Shown one piece after another: positions 47,266 through 59,456 of a DNA stretch of 64,000 bases. Within the stretch, counting starts at the first letter, position 1, and every line of letters begins with the position of its first letter. This DNA is from Minutocellus sp. GHC0000111 (Eukaryota). The stretch lies in contig OZ361258.1 of the NCBI GenBank assembly GCA_977018835.1, forward strand, positions 2,170,001 through 2,234,000, written 5' to 3'. The position numbers and the translations under genes were made by a program. A model generated the notes under the pieces. That model had not been told where the DNA came from and searched no databases. It saw nothing but the letters and a program-made list of their open reading frames with translations.

Positions 47266-49580
47266 CGAAGTCCGTTTCGCGAGAAATCGAGCGCAGGGCC
47301 GGGACCAAAAAATGTCGATTTTTGGGCCCGCAACCCGGACACGGACACATGCATGTAAAGCCGGAACCATCAAAACTGACAAGAGAGCACTACACATGCA
47401 TGTACGGCATGTGTGTGTAGTAGCACAAATATAGCTCGAATCTAAATAATCTAGTATTATTTTAAACATAACATAACTTAAAAGCACCATGGTTGGATCA
47501 GCAGGAGGAGGAGCGATAATTTTCCCATCTATCCGAACCATGTCATTTTCAGTCGGCCTGAAATCCTTTCGCACCCCAACATGAATGCCTTCACCGTTTC
47601 CAAGAAAATCATTGTTGCCTTTTGCAACGATTACCTTCTTTGCAATTCTATGAGCCTGGATGTATGCCGATGCAATCTTCCAGTTTTCCAGCCCCATCCA
47701 AACTTCCTCCGCTGCATCCCAAGTCTGATCTTCTGTCAAAACCTTCAGCCCCTCCCGATCGCGGCTCAACATTGTATGCCGCTTTGACATGCAAGGGAAA
47801 ACAGACAGATCAAGAACATTCATATGGGGCATTTGCGGGGACTGAGGTTCCCAACGCCATCCCTTGTCCCGACAGTATCCTTCCACATATTCCACAAATT
47901 CAGTCTCGGCATGGGGCCCAGCATTGTCGCCCTGAAAAATAGGGACACCCTTCAAACTTTCCACCAGGTCCGACCAAAGCCTCAACATCCGGAAACATCT
48001 TGTTCTCAAATAAAGCTTTCAGTGGGAACTTGGGATTATCAAGGGTGCCATGGCTGCATCCAGTCACCGCGCAATCCACAAGGTATAGATCGTCTTTCTT
48101 CCGAACCACCGGGCCGCAATATTTGATTCTACCATCTGCCTGCCGCACCGCCTCGCTTACCATCTGCCTCGCAATTTTATGCGCCTGAGCCCGAAAAAGT
48201 CCAAGCTTGAACGCAATGCCGCCATTCTCAATGCTGTCAATAAAAGCCAAGGCAGTGACAGCCACCACCATGCACTTGTTGATGTGATTTCGGTGGTATG
48301 CCGAGAAGGACCGAGGATCAATACCCAATTCTGCAACTTGCTTGGCATACGATCGAAGAACCAAGCCCCAAAACCACTTCTCATCGAACATAATAAGGAG
48401 AAACTTGCCACCGCCGAGCCCCCAATTGTTTCGGAATTTCCGCGCAAATACCAAATGTTTCTCCATCTGATGGGTAGTAAGGAGAGGGATGATCCTTTCG
48501 GCATAGTACCGGAACCCTTCCCGCGACATTATCCACCGCCGTATTGCCGAGTAGGAACACCAAAAGTTGACATCAACCTCCAGCTCCCGCCAAGATTCCC
48601 GAGGATTTCGTATCAGAGCATCAACAATAACATCTCGAATGTATGGCTGCATAGCCAGATGAGATCTCCTCTTCATCTCCCACATCGCCTTCTCAGATGC
48701 AGGTAGAGCACCATACGCCTTCATCCATCCCGAAAATCGTGCACCATGCTCTGCGCTGGACAGCACCGAATAGTCCACCTTTGCCTGCTCCCTGCACTTG
48801 GCAATTGCAAAGAGACATGGTGCAGTATACCGCCGGGTCGCCGTTGCAAGATCGTCGATGACAGAACGGAAGGCGGCCGAATCAGATGAATCATCGGCAC
48901 TCGTTGGGAAGCAGTATACCGGTCCAAGTATGCCGATCGCGTCATCGAAATGCTCAGCTTCGACTTCCGCCCGAGACACAAATGGATTGAACACATACTC
49001 ACCGCTGTCTTGGCCATCATCATTGACCAGGAGAAAACTCTCAAGATTGACGGGCCCGAGGATTTTGAGAAGCACATGCTCCTCAATGTCGTCAGTCGAC
49101 TCGTCTGCCGGGCGATAAGGGCCGAGAACATGCCCCTCGACATGGATGATGTCGTGGCAATAACTGAATCGGTGTACGACAAGGCCGCGGAGATGTTCCA
49201 CTCCTCAGTTACCTTCATCTACAAGTTCAACGGCGTGAAGCAGGAGCTAAAGAAGCTCAAGCTCATCCCGGATTGGCTGTGGTGCGAGATCCGGGACGAA
49301 TGCATCGTACTGCCGATCCGAGGCGAGTATCATGCCATCGTTCAAGATGAAGACGAGATGGAGGCCGAACCGTCGCGTCGCACGAACGCGTCCATTTGAT
49401 TAGAGCCGCTGAAATCTAAAGTCTTATCCGAATTATTGTTTCACATGAAGATAAATAAAAATTAGAGTAAAAATAGCCATTTTCTTAAATATTTCAGCAT
49501 GACTATTCTTCGAGGCGCTTTTCAATCCCCTCGAAAGCAGTCAAAAACCGGGCGCTCGATTTCTCGCGAATCTGACCTCG
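47266..49580 (-). mobile_element. Tc1/mariner DNA transposon (2315 bp) with 29-bp TIRs flanked by TA; DD38D transposase frameshifted at ~47935
   Basis: Left end TA|cgaagtccgtttcgcgagaaatcgagcgc; right end (reverse complement) TA|cgaggtcagattcgcgagaaatcgagcgc (3 mismatches). Motifs 'FDEKWFW', 'QGDNAGPH', 'PQSPQMPHMNVLDL'. Confidence 0.92.
48950..49399 (+). CDS. Small second ORF inside the mariner element, opposite to the transposase
   Basis: 149-aa ORF with C/G-ending codons in its 3' half, followed by an AT-rich stretch with AATAAA near 49454. Confidence 0.4.
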   Translation: MLSFDFRPRHKWIEHILTAVLAIIIDQEKTLKIDGPEDFEKHMLLNVVSRLVCRAIRAENMPLDMDDVVAITESVYDKAAEMFHSSVTFIYKFNGVKQELKKLKLIPDWLWCEIRDECIVLPIRGEYHAIVQDEDEMEAEPSRRTNASI

Positions 49581-51051
49581 TAAGACTCTGACTTATGGCA
49601 TTCCACTCGTCCAACATTGCGCCTTTGCATTGCAGAAGTCCAGCACCGTTGGTGGTGTTCTCGGCCTGGTGATGGTACCGACGCGTGAGCTGGCTCTGCA
49701 AGTCAGCGACCAGCTCCAAAAGGTTGTTCGATGTGCACGGAAAGATATGAAAGACGATGCAGATCTCGACGTCGTTGCCATCTATGGCGGAGTTGATAAG
49801 AAGGATCAGATACGACGCATCCGCGGCGAGAATGTTGAAAGTGATGCCTATAGTGCTGATTGTCGGCGAGGGGTCATCCTCGCTGCAACAACGGGCCGTC
49901 TCGTTGATCTATTGGAAACAGAAACGATATTACTGAACAGTACTCGATTCTTGGTAATTGATGAAGCTGATCGGATGGCACAGAGCGCCGAGATTCGTTG
50001 CCAAGTCGATACCATTGTGGCAACCATGCCACATTTTCCTGCCATGACATCTGAATCGAGCGAATATACATCCTGTCTCTTTTCAGCTACCCTTCCTCGC
50101 GATGATGCAGTCAAGGCTAAGTTTACGGAGTGGGTCGGTTCACAAGCCACTGCAATTCACTTGGATAAGATTTCGATTGGAAAGAAAACTCAAGCAAAGC
50201 CATCATCGGCGCCTGATGTGAGTGGAAGTGATGACCAGTCCAATTCTGAAAAGAAACGAAAGAGGCAAGCAACCCCCTTAGACTTGGCATCGATTCCAAC
50301 CAATATAACTCAGGTTGTGCATGTTTGTTCAACTCACAAAAAGCCAAAGAAGTTGATCAGCATGTTGGACAAGATTAGAAAAGAAGAAAGCAAAGGTAAG
50401 GGTCGAACGAAAAGGCTATGCCTAGTGTTTTTTGCAAAAATAAAAACGCTCAAATATATTGCAACGCTGATTGAAAAGGAGGGACACAGATGCGCACTGC
50501 TTCACAGCGGCATATCACAGAGCCAGCGAGAAAAGGTAGTCATGGAATTCAAGGCTGGGAAGATACCAACCTTGCTTGCAACGGACGTAGCTGCGAGAGG
50601 ATTGCACGCGAATAATGTTCGTGTGGTCATTAATTACGACTTTCCAGGATCGCTGGGTGAATACGTTCACAGAGCTGGTCGGGCCGGTAGGGATAAGGAG
50701 CCAGCAGAAGTTTTTGAGTATTTCACCCGAGAGATGAAACAAATGGCGCCGGATTTTCTGGAATTGTTGAAAGCAACGGATTCTTGGATTGATCCGAACC
50801 TTTTGGCTCTCGTCCCGGATGCTGTGGCCGACGGTGACGGCGACAAAAAGAAGAAACGGCGTCGAAAGAATACCAAGAATAAGTCAAAGCCGAACGAGTC
50901 AGTGGCGGTGGCTGTGGGCGGGAAACGGCCAACTAATGCAAACGAGGAAAATGGAGATGATGAATTCGCACATCTATCGGCCAACCGTATAGTTCTAAAG
51001 CGAGCTGCACATGTGCCTGATGACAGTGACAGTAGCAGTGGGGAGGAATGA
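49581..51051 (+). pseudogene. DEAD-box RNA helicase lacking its 5' part (Q motif and the first half of motif I)
   Basis: The frame begins at the TIR with 'KTLTYGIP'; then 'PTRELALQV', 'YGG', 'TTGRL', 'DEAD', 'SAT', 'TDVAARGL', 'HRAGRAGR'. Confidence 0.88.
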
Positions 51052-51072
51052 TACGCATTAAGCTCTTTATTA

Positions 51073-54000
51073 GCTTCGGATGGTATCACCGGTTTGGTGA
51101 TTTCTGGTTCGTCCGATCTCGTTCCGACCGATCTGTTTGTCGGCACTGTCCGTATTTCCGCCCCGGCCGAAGAAGCTGCTGTTATCAATGCAGCAGTGGC
51201 GGCAACGAGTACCACATCGATCAAGCTGCCGAATCCCACCTCGCCCACCGATTACAACAGCATCGAGCCTCGCGTGGCCGATACTGCCATCGTGGATGGT
51301 GGTACCTCCCCGCCTGCTGATGATGCCCTGCAGCTTGGCCCTGTCCCAATCCCCAACCAATCGACCGACCCAGTGACGGCCACCACCACCACCGCCACCT
51401 CCCCCGACATCACCACCACTATCGAGGTGGGCAGCGTATCTGTCCCGGAATCTACCAAAGAGGACTATGAGATTGTCCTCGCCCGTCTACTATCTGTGGC
51501 TGATGATGACAGACTGCGGGCCCACCTCTTTGATACTGCTGCGACTGCAGTTGCGTCCTCCACTACTTTCCTCGATCCATCGCCCGCTCAGACCCTGGCC
51601 AGTGGTGCGATGTCGGCCGATGATGAGAGCCGCCGCTCATTGGTATCTGTATTGAGGCTAGTGGGAAAGAAGTTCGGCGCCGGCGGCTGCGATGACTTGG
51701 ATGGCATCGCTCTCATTGCTACTTCCCTCCCTCTGCTACGAATGTTGGCGGAATTGGGAAGTGAACACGCAAGGAGCGTGCAAGCATTCGTATCCATCTG
51801 TCTCGATCGTGGCGTGATCACACGTTCCGATGCCGAACAGCTTGGCCTTGTCGATGTCCAGCGTACCGCCTGCCGATACATCCAGATGGAGCATCAGCAG
51901 GCGATGCAGGCCGAAGTAGAGGCAGAAGCGCGTCGAGCCGAGGAGGAGGCGAAGTTGCTGGCCGAGGGAGAAGCCCGCCAGCAGCGCATGGAGGAGAAGC
52001 GTATCAGAAAAGAAGAAATGGCCCAGCAGAAGCGCCGCCGTGCCAAGAGGTGAGCACCGCCCTTCTTTGTTCCATCACCGTATTGTTTGCATATTTTCTT
52101 TGCGTATGTACATGTTCTTACAATATCATCCCTCTACACTTTTGCGTGGTCATTCATAATTCACAATACAGGTTCGCTTCAGCCCGCAAGGTTTCATTTG
52201 TTGTGCTCTCATTGATTGCGTACGTCATCTGCATGCGTGGAGCTTCCAACATGGCTGCAAGTGGCCGTCCAATTGCCAATGCCTACGGTACCGGACGAGT
52301 GTATTTGGCTGAACCTTTCTCCCTCGATCCTCGACCAACTACTGCTCCTCTCAATTCGTCGGAGGTCGCCCACAATTCCATCATCATAGAAGACAATCTT
52401 CAGCCCATGACATCACCACCTTCGGCGATTCCACCCTCCCCTGCCACCGACACCGAGCCTATGTCCACCCCGCCATCTGTTGCCCCTTCTAGTCCAATGA
52501 TCACCATTCCCTCCCCTACAAGCAAATGGAATGTTTCTGGCATTGATACTGGACCATCGATTGGTGCGCAAGTGCTAGCGGTGGTCGAGCCATCCGGACT
52601 TTTGTCGGTGTTGCCGATGTTGGCTATGATGGTGTTGGTTCTCGCTCTCTTCGTCTTGCTGGCTGAAACTGAGGAAGAGGCGGCCGTGGGTGTGTTCATT
52701 TCCAGAAAAGTGGCTGAATTCACTGTCCAGTATATTTTGAGCCCGGCATCTGTCACAATCCTCCTCCTTGGAATCACATTGAGAGCTCTCTGGAATATTT
52801 GGCGCTTCATCAATTGGCTGTTTCGTCTCGCGTTACATCTATTGGTGGCCCTGCCTTTGAGATTCATCAAATATATTACCATCGACTGCATCATTCTGCC
52901 GATATCAGATGGGCTGGGCATTACCGCCGCCATCCGATGGATTGTCGGGACTTTTGCCTCCCAGCCAACCACCAGTAGAGGCACACCAACCCATGCCAAG
53001 TCTTGGTTGCTGCCCTCGCGGAAGTTTGTGTTGCTGCTGTTAGTGACAATCATGCGGGTCGAGGCCGCCCGTACCAAAGCATCCGGGGGTGGATCCAGGG
53101 CTGCTGTGGCAGCAGCGGCGGCAGTGGGGGTAGGAGCAGCGGCGGCGGTTGCGGCTTCGGCGATTCCGTCTAGAGGGAGCACCCACGCCACCTCCGACCC
53201 TTGATTCAGGCTTGCGTCCCTATTGTTGCCAGGGAATATGAGGCAATCAAGGTGGGAGGTGGCAATGACTATCTTGGTGAGCCAGCCGCAGGGAGAAAGC
53301 AAAGGCCCAGGTGGACGAGCGACGACAAGGATCGCATTTACAACGCGTTGTGGAGGGACCGACACGTGCAGAGCACTGCAAAGCGCAACGGCAAGAAGAC
53401 CAAGACGGCATTTCTTCAGTGGCTCAACGAGATGACCGGGTCCACTTCTAGATTTAAAAGTTTCTTGGACCACAATCTCATCGAAGACAGATCTGTCTTT
53501 GTCAAAGCACGCAACAATCTCGCAAATGGCCAAGCCCTTGCTGCCAAAAATGGGAAGACAATCAAATCATTTCTGCGACTCGCAGCTGGGTTGTGGAAGG
53601 AGAAGACCGTCGGTAGAGTCTCACGCACCGAGGCTATGCGTCAAATCCGCAAGGTCGCCGAGCAGCACCCACTTGGCATGGGCATGACTCTCGCCCATTT
53701 GATGGATCTTTGCAACGATGATGTTGAATCGCAACTGCAGCAGTGGGTAGAGCAGCTGGTAGGCTCAAAACCCACCGGCAAATCGCCACTGGCCCATTTA
53801 CGAAAGCGTCACTGGGAGAATGTGGTGTCGCGTCGCATTGATTCACTCATTCGAGTTCGAGTCGCTCTCCTGCAGATGGTCAAGCTCCGGCAGCGAGGAG
53901 ATTGCTTCGTCGAGAAGCTATATTGCAAGGAGCGAAAACGTCAAATGTATGGTGTTTATGCAATGGCGCCAGAGCAATTTAGCATCGAGATTTGCCCGGG

Positions 54001-55229
54001 AATGGGGTTCATGTGGTATGGCGACTACGAGTGCTTCGACGGGCACAAGAAGACAACCAACGGCAATTATTTGGTCGATCTTGTTAATGCCCGTGTGTTT
54101 GATTTGAGCTCATCTTATGGACATGATGGACTGTCATTCTGCGGCTGGATCATGCGGGAAAAGGAGTGCAACGAAATCAGGGATAGTTTCGGAAGGTACC
54201 AAGTCAATGTTTGGAGTGCCAGTGGGAAGGATGTCTTTACCCTCCACCGCTTTGTCCATCACGTCGCCCATCACCACGGAGCATCAATTTTTGGCGACGA
54301 AGCCCTTCAGGATGCTGGATTTGATCTCGGTGATCGCATTTATGAACATATTCTGGGGTACCGACCCCTTAACGAGGATCACATACACATCATTCGTCGA
54401 ACCATTCACGCATCCCGTCGTCTTTCAAAGCAGTCGGACATTGACCATGGCGTCGGACGGTCATATCAGTGGACCAATGGTATTCTTCATTGTTGGGCTT
54501 GCTCTCATCGAATCAATACATGTGCAGTCTATGTTCGTGTCTTGGAAAATGATTGGTGCTACCTTCTCCAGAAGAGGGAATATCGCGGTGGGGTCGAAGT
54601 CACGGATTGCTCGAACGAAGACGATAAAGTTGAAGAGGAACCAAACAGCAACACAGGGTAAGAATCGTTGAAATTCATTGATTTTTATATTTTATTGTCC
54701 GGTCTAACCCTTTGCCATTGCCCAACACATCATCCAAACCAGTTTGTTCGATGGCCTTACCTCTTTCGATCCGAAGCTCCACGACGGTGGATCTGGAGAG
54801 AATGAAAATGGCGAGGAATCTTTCCATCTGTGGGCGGAAAGTCTTGTTGGAAAGGCTGTCCGAGTTCTGTGGGGAAGCGACAATGCCGGTGATGACAATG
54901 ATATTGGTTGGTATGATGGTGCGGTCGTGGGATACACTCGCGATGCCGAGGACGATCTTGGCTTCACAATTTCGTTTGAGGACGGTGTCACCGAGCAGAT
55001 GAAATTGGACACAAATTCTATTGAATTGGCAGAGGTAGAATCCTTGGAGGATATTGCCAATGCTATGTGCGAGAATGAATTACCTTACAATGACGAAAAC
55101 AACGGAGCCACGCATAACACGCCGATGGTGCCTTCTCGGCCAACAAAGAGGAGCCGCGTCGAACACGGTGCATCATTTGGTTGTAATGGGGAAAATCTTT
55201 TCAATGCTTTTCGTCGAGAAACGGGATGA
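51073..55229 (+). CDS. Large multi-exon gene (5' end not found): coiled coil, TM helices, HNH-like nuclease motif and Tudor-like domain; introns 52050-52171 and 54658-54742; 1-bp frameshift at ~53200
   Basis: Both GT-AG introns are in frame. HNH-like 'TLHRFV...DIDHGVGRSYQWTNGILHCWACSHRIN'; Tudor-like 'LVGKAVRVLW...WYDGAVVGY...FTISFEDG'. Confidence 0.55.
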
Positions 55230-55516
55230 GTAGCAGGTAGATTATTTTTTACCTTATTGGGGAGTCTGACGTAGTAATCAATACCGGCGGAATTTTTTGT
55301 TTTGGGGTAATGGCGTCCCTTCGCACAGCTCGACCTTTGTTTACTGTTCAAAATGCCCAAGATCCAGAGTGCAGAGGCTCAGATTGCTATTGCCGTAGAG
55401 CTTACGATGCTGCCGATGCCTTTGCCAAGATTTACTGAAATATATAAGCATGGCAATGACAAGTAATAAAGAGGCATTGTAATAGATGGCAGGTATTTTG
55501 TAGCATGTTATGGAGC

Positions 55517-57230
55517 CTATGAATCACCCGCTAATAATCTATGAATCCTTCCTGTTTCATCGTACAGCAAGTTGCACGAACATTCCACACTCCCTCCTTC
55601 ACCGACGCAAGTTTTGTTGGTCGCCTTGGCGCCGTATATCGGCCTCGCTGTTCGAAGACCTCCCGTTATTCCAAACGAGTAAAGCCCCGCTGTCGATACC
55701 ACGAAATCGCTCTCCCCTATCATATACCAATCCAAAAAGGCGTCAGCAAAGTCCGCAGTGTTCGGGTTTTTCCTAGGCTTTGTATGCCGTCCCTTGGAAT
55801 TAGTGAACAGGACTTGCCTTTCGATTGAATGTTTCTCCTGCCCATGATTTTTGTCGCCACCGTCATCTGGTGTCTTTTGGGCGCCAGGACGAACCTCTAC
55901 GCGGGTGCCGTTTCCATAATTCGCATTGATGTGGTTCTTCACGGCATTGGAATCCGAAACAACCATCCATACCACACGTTTTGGTTTTGGTTCCAAGGCT
56001 AAGGCCTCCTTCTCAAGAGCCAGAGCGCAATCAACGTTCTGCCTTGTATTTGTTCGGCTGGCACCCTGTCGCATTGTATCTTCTGCATCTCCTTGGAGTC
56101 CCTTTTCTTCCCGATAGGCTTGGCGGTCAACGTGACCAGTCCGAATGTAGAGGGCCAATACCAGGCTCTCCTCATCTTTTAGAGCTGGCAATATCTCGCT
56201 GTGCAATCGCGGCTCGTACCGATTGGCATCCATTGATAGAGAAGGAAAGAGCTTTCCCAAGCTGCAAGCGAATCCAATATCATGATGAAACCCCCAAAGC
56301 CTTTTCGATAGCTCGATATAATTGATTGGGTTCAAGTGATCGCTTTCGAGGATTGGCACGTAGGCATGGCGATAAGAAGGCACTCGAGCCAAATCGAAGC
56401 GCGCGGATCCCATCGTCCTATCACCAAACTTTCCGCCCCCGGTTTTGTCTGTTGCAACAGGATCATTCGGTGGCCGGACCTTGTTGTTGTCGAACCCACC
56501 CTCATTCTCATAGCAGTGATCCACCATTCGGCAGTCAAATTTGGCCGGTGCCACCCAGTTGAATCGATCTTGCCGTCCCTCCGAATGTGGCTCTATCACG
56601 GCAGAAATATTGATGGAATTGCTTCGCCCATAATCAATCAAGTACCTGCACGACGCTTGCTCCGCACGAAGATGTCCCATCACCACCTGCGACGTCCATG
56701 CTGCCACGCCCTCATTCGACCCGGGCGATGGTCTGGAGAGGAATGTGCACTTTTGGTTTTGGATCGTTGCTTCCCAAACTGTTATTGGTTGCCATCGCCC
56801 AGGGACATACCAAATCATATTCATGTGTTCCGAAGCGGGGAAAGCGACGCCTTGGCCGCTGGTAGGGTGGTATCTCCTGTGGTTTTGACTTTTCCTTTAG
56901 TGCTGATGTTACTTCTCTTGGCTGATCGTTGCTGACAACAACTTTTATCTCGGGCATTGCATTGGCATTGGCATTGGCGTTACCGTTAGACTTCCGTTTG
57001 GCCATGGTCTCCTCCTCCCTCAGCAACGCTCTCATCCCACCATGTTTGGCGAAGTATGTTTCAGCTGTGGAGGCCCCACCCTCGTGTTAATCCTCTTGGT
57101 AGGTAACAACTCGCTGATAAATGAAAAGAGTCACGATGCCATTGAAAACAAGGACGATGGAAAGGATGGGCACAAGGCACGGCCAGCGCTTTCGTCCTGG
57201 TGCCGTCGGGCGTTTTTCGCCCGGACGCAT
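55517..57230 (-). pseudogene. Paralogous fucosyltransferase-like glycosyltransferase with an in-frame TAA at 57087-57089 and a frameshift at ~56755
   Basis: TM 'LVPILSIVLVFNGIVTLFIY'; 'RRFPRFGT..Y...CP', 'NEGVAAW', 'ALYIRTG', 'VVSDS', 'GRHT', 'LDWYMIGESD...SFG'. Confidence 0.7.
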
Positions 57231-57542
57231 TGGTGGACGCATTGGAACTTTTTATTTCGAGAGAGAATGTGCCCCAAACCAGCATCCGCCCGCAGCTATA
57301 GGGATCCCTAACTGCATCTCTGCGTACTGTTCTACCGACAGTTGCTTCGCGTTCTGCTCTGGTATCGACCAACAAATGCGTTGCTTCACGATCACTGCTG
57401 CCGGCCGTCTGCGACGGCGAGCTCGACGGTAAGCAACGCAACGATGCGCACGGTATCGAGCATGATTTCCAAATTACGTTTGACGACTCAAATCGAAAGT
57501 TTTTCCCAACAGCGCATATCAGACATACATAAATCAACCGCG

Positions 57543-59358
57543 ATGGAGCAGCAGCATGGTGAAGACGGCAACGACGAATGGCGAGCCCCACACCGCCACT
57601 TATCGATAGATGCCGGCTCTTCGTCGCATTCGTCTCAGTTTGAAGATGATTATGACCCAACGAGAGTGTTGTGTGGTGGTGAGGATGGCGGTACCGTGGC
57701 TGGTCGCGGTCGTAGCAGAAATATGAAACGCATGCGTTCGTCGCCAAGTGGCAATGCTGATCCGTTGGACGACGATAACAATGATGCCACCGACCACGAT
57801 GCGCACGAGCGCACCAACGCTCTCCAAACGTACCTGCACATCCTCAAGGGAAATGTAGGGCCCGGGTGTCTGTCACTTCCGTGGGCGGTCTCCGTACTGG
57901 GCATCCCACTCGCATTGGTGACCCTCCTCTGCTTGTGCTGCATCACTTCGTACAATTGCTGGGCCGTCTTGCAATGGAAACGAAGGCACATGGCAGATCG
58001 ACGGGATGTGTCGTATGCCGATCTCGGGCAGCTGGCGTATGGCAAGAGATTTCGCAACTTTGTCCTATTCTGTGTTTGTACGACGCAACTGTGTGTTTGT
58101 ACGGTCTTCTTTTCCTTTATCGGTGGAAATATATCGGCCGTGCTTCGTGCTGTAGCCCCTGGGACGCCACTGGACAATAGTCGGGTGGTCATTTCACTGG
58201 CTCTGCCGATGGCAATGTTTCTTAGTTGCGCTCCCAACCTCAAGGTACTGTCGCCTCTATCGGCAGTTGGGATGGTACTCCTTTTCCTCGCATTCGGCTG
58301 CATATCTCTGATTATTTCAGCGAATTGGGCAGACAGGCCTACTGACTTGCCCTCTCTGGATGCTTCCCGAATTCCTCTGGCAATGTGCGCCATCGTTTAT
58401 TCGTTCGAGGGTATCAACCTCGTTATACCGGTTGAAGCTGCGATGAAAGATCCGTCTCAATTTGACAGAGTCTTTGCTCTAGCGATGGCTTCAGTTGCAG
58501 CGATTTATTCTCTCTTTGCATGTATTTGCGTCGTGGCGTTTGGTCCTATTGATAATGGAAGCATAACGGCATTTCTGATGGAGAATGCCGAGCAATATTC
58601 CGCCAAATCACTCGTCCTTGCTGCTAATTTTATTGTGTCCGTTTCGGTCCTTTTGACGTACCCCCTGCAGGTGAGAAGTTTGCCCTTAAATTCTTTGTTT
58701 CGCAGCAGAGATATATGTATCTATTTATTATATTTCCAATTTTATTATACTCATTCACCCTTCAACATTGGTACTCTTTGCCACTATACCGTTAAAACTG
58801 TAGCTTTTCCCCGCCATTAATCTCATCAGTCAGAGCCGGGAGCGAAGGGAAAATTCTCGGCAGTCCAGTCCGCGACAGTGCACGCCATTGGCTACAGAAG
58901 AAGATCTTGGCGAGATTGCAGATAATGGTGATAACTCGACCGGAAACACCAGTGCTGCAAATTTTATGCCTCTGGAGGGAGAAGAGACGGCATTCCAAGA
59001 GGATTTGGGTTCGGAATCGAGCCACTTCCAGCGCCAGGATGGAATTTATGGCAGACAAAGGGAAACATTCGAAGGCGATTCCGTGTTCCTGCGCGCGTGC
59101 CTCGTCATATTCACATATTTTATTGCCGTGACCATCCCGAATGTCCAGGAGCTCATTAGCTTGTCAGGAGCTTTCGCAGGGAGTTCTTGTGCCCTGATCA
59201 TTCCGCCCCTTGTCGAGTTGAGAGGAATTTTGGAGGTTCGTCATCGGCTTTCGATGGCGGCAATTGCTCGATATGTTCTGTTGGTAGTTGGGGTCATTTT
59301 CCTCGTGGTTGGTACCGTTGCTTCAATAATTGACATCATCGAGGCATTTGAGAGCTAA
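57543..59358 (+). CDS. Amino acid transporter (AAAP/SLC36-like); intron 58671-58803
   Basis: 'HILKGNVGPGCLSLPWA', 'YSFEGI', 'LLTYPLQ|LFPA', 'LISLSGAF...LIIPP'. Confidence 0.93.
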
Positions 59359-59456
59359 GCATTTGAATACAAAATTTATTTGCAGATTCTTTTTCTACTC
59401 CCATGGGAATTCCTAAAGGGTTGGACTATAGTCGTCTCGTCGCTTCTCTTATACCC

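Noticed and set aside
53195..53204. Programmed -1 frameshift or translational coupling between ORFs
   Set aside because: No slippery heptamer; a 1-bp loss in a C-run explains it more simply.
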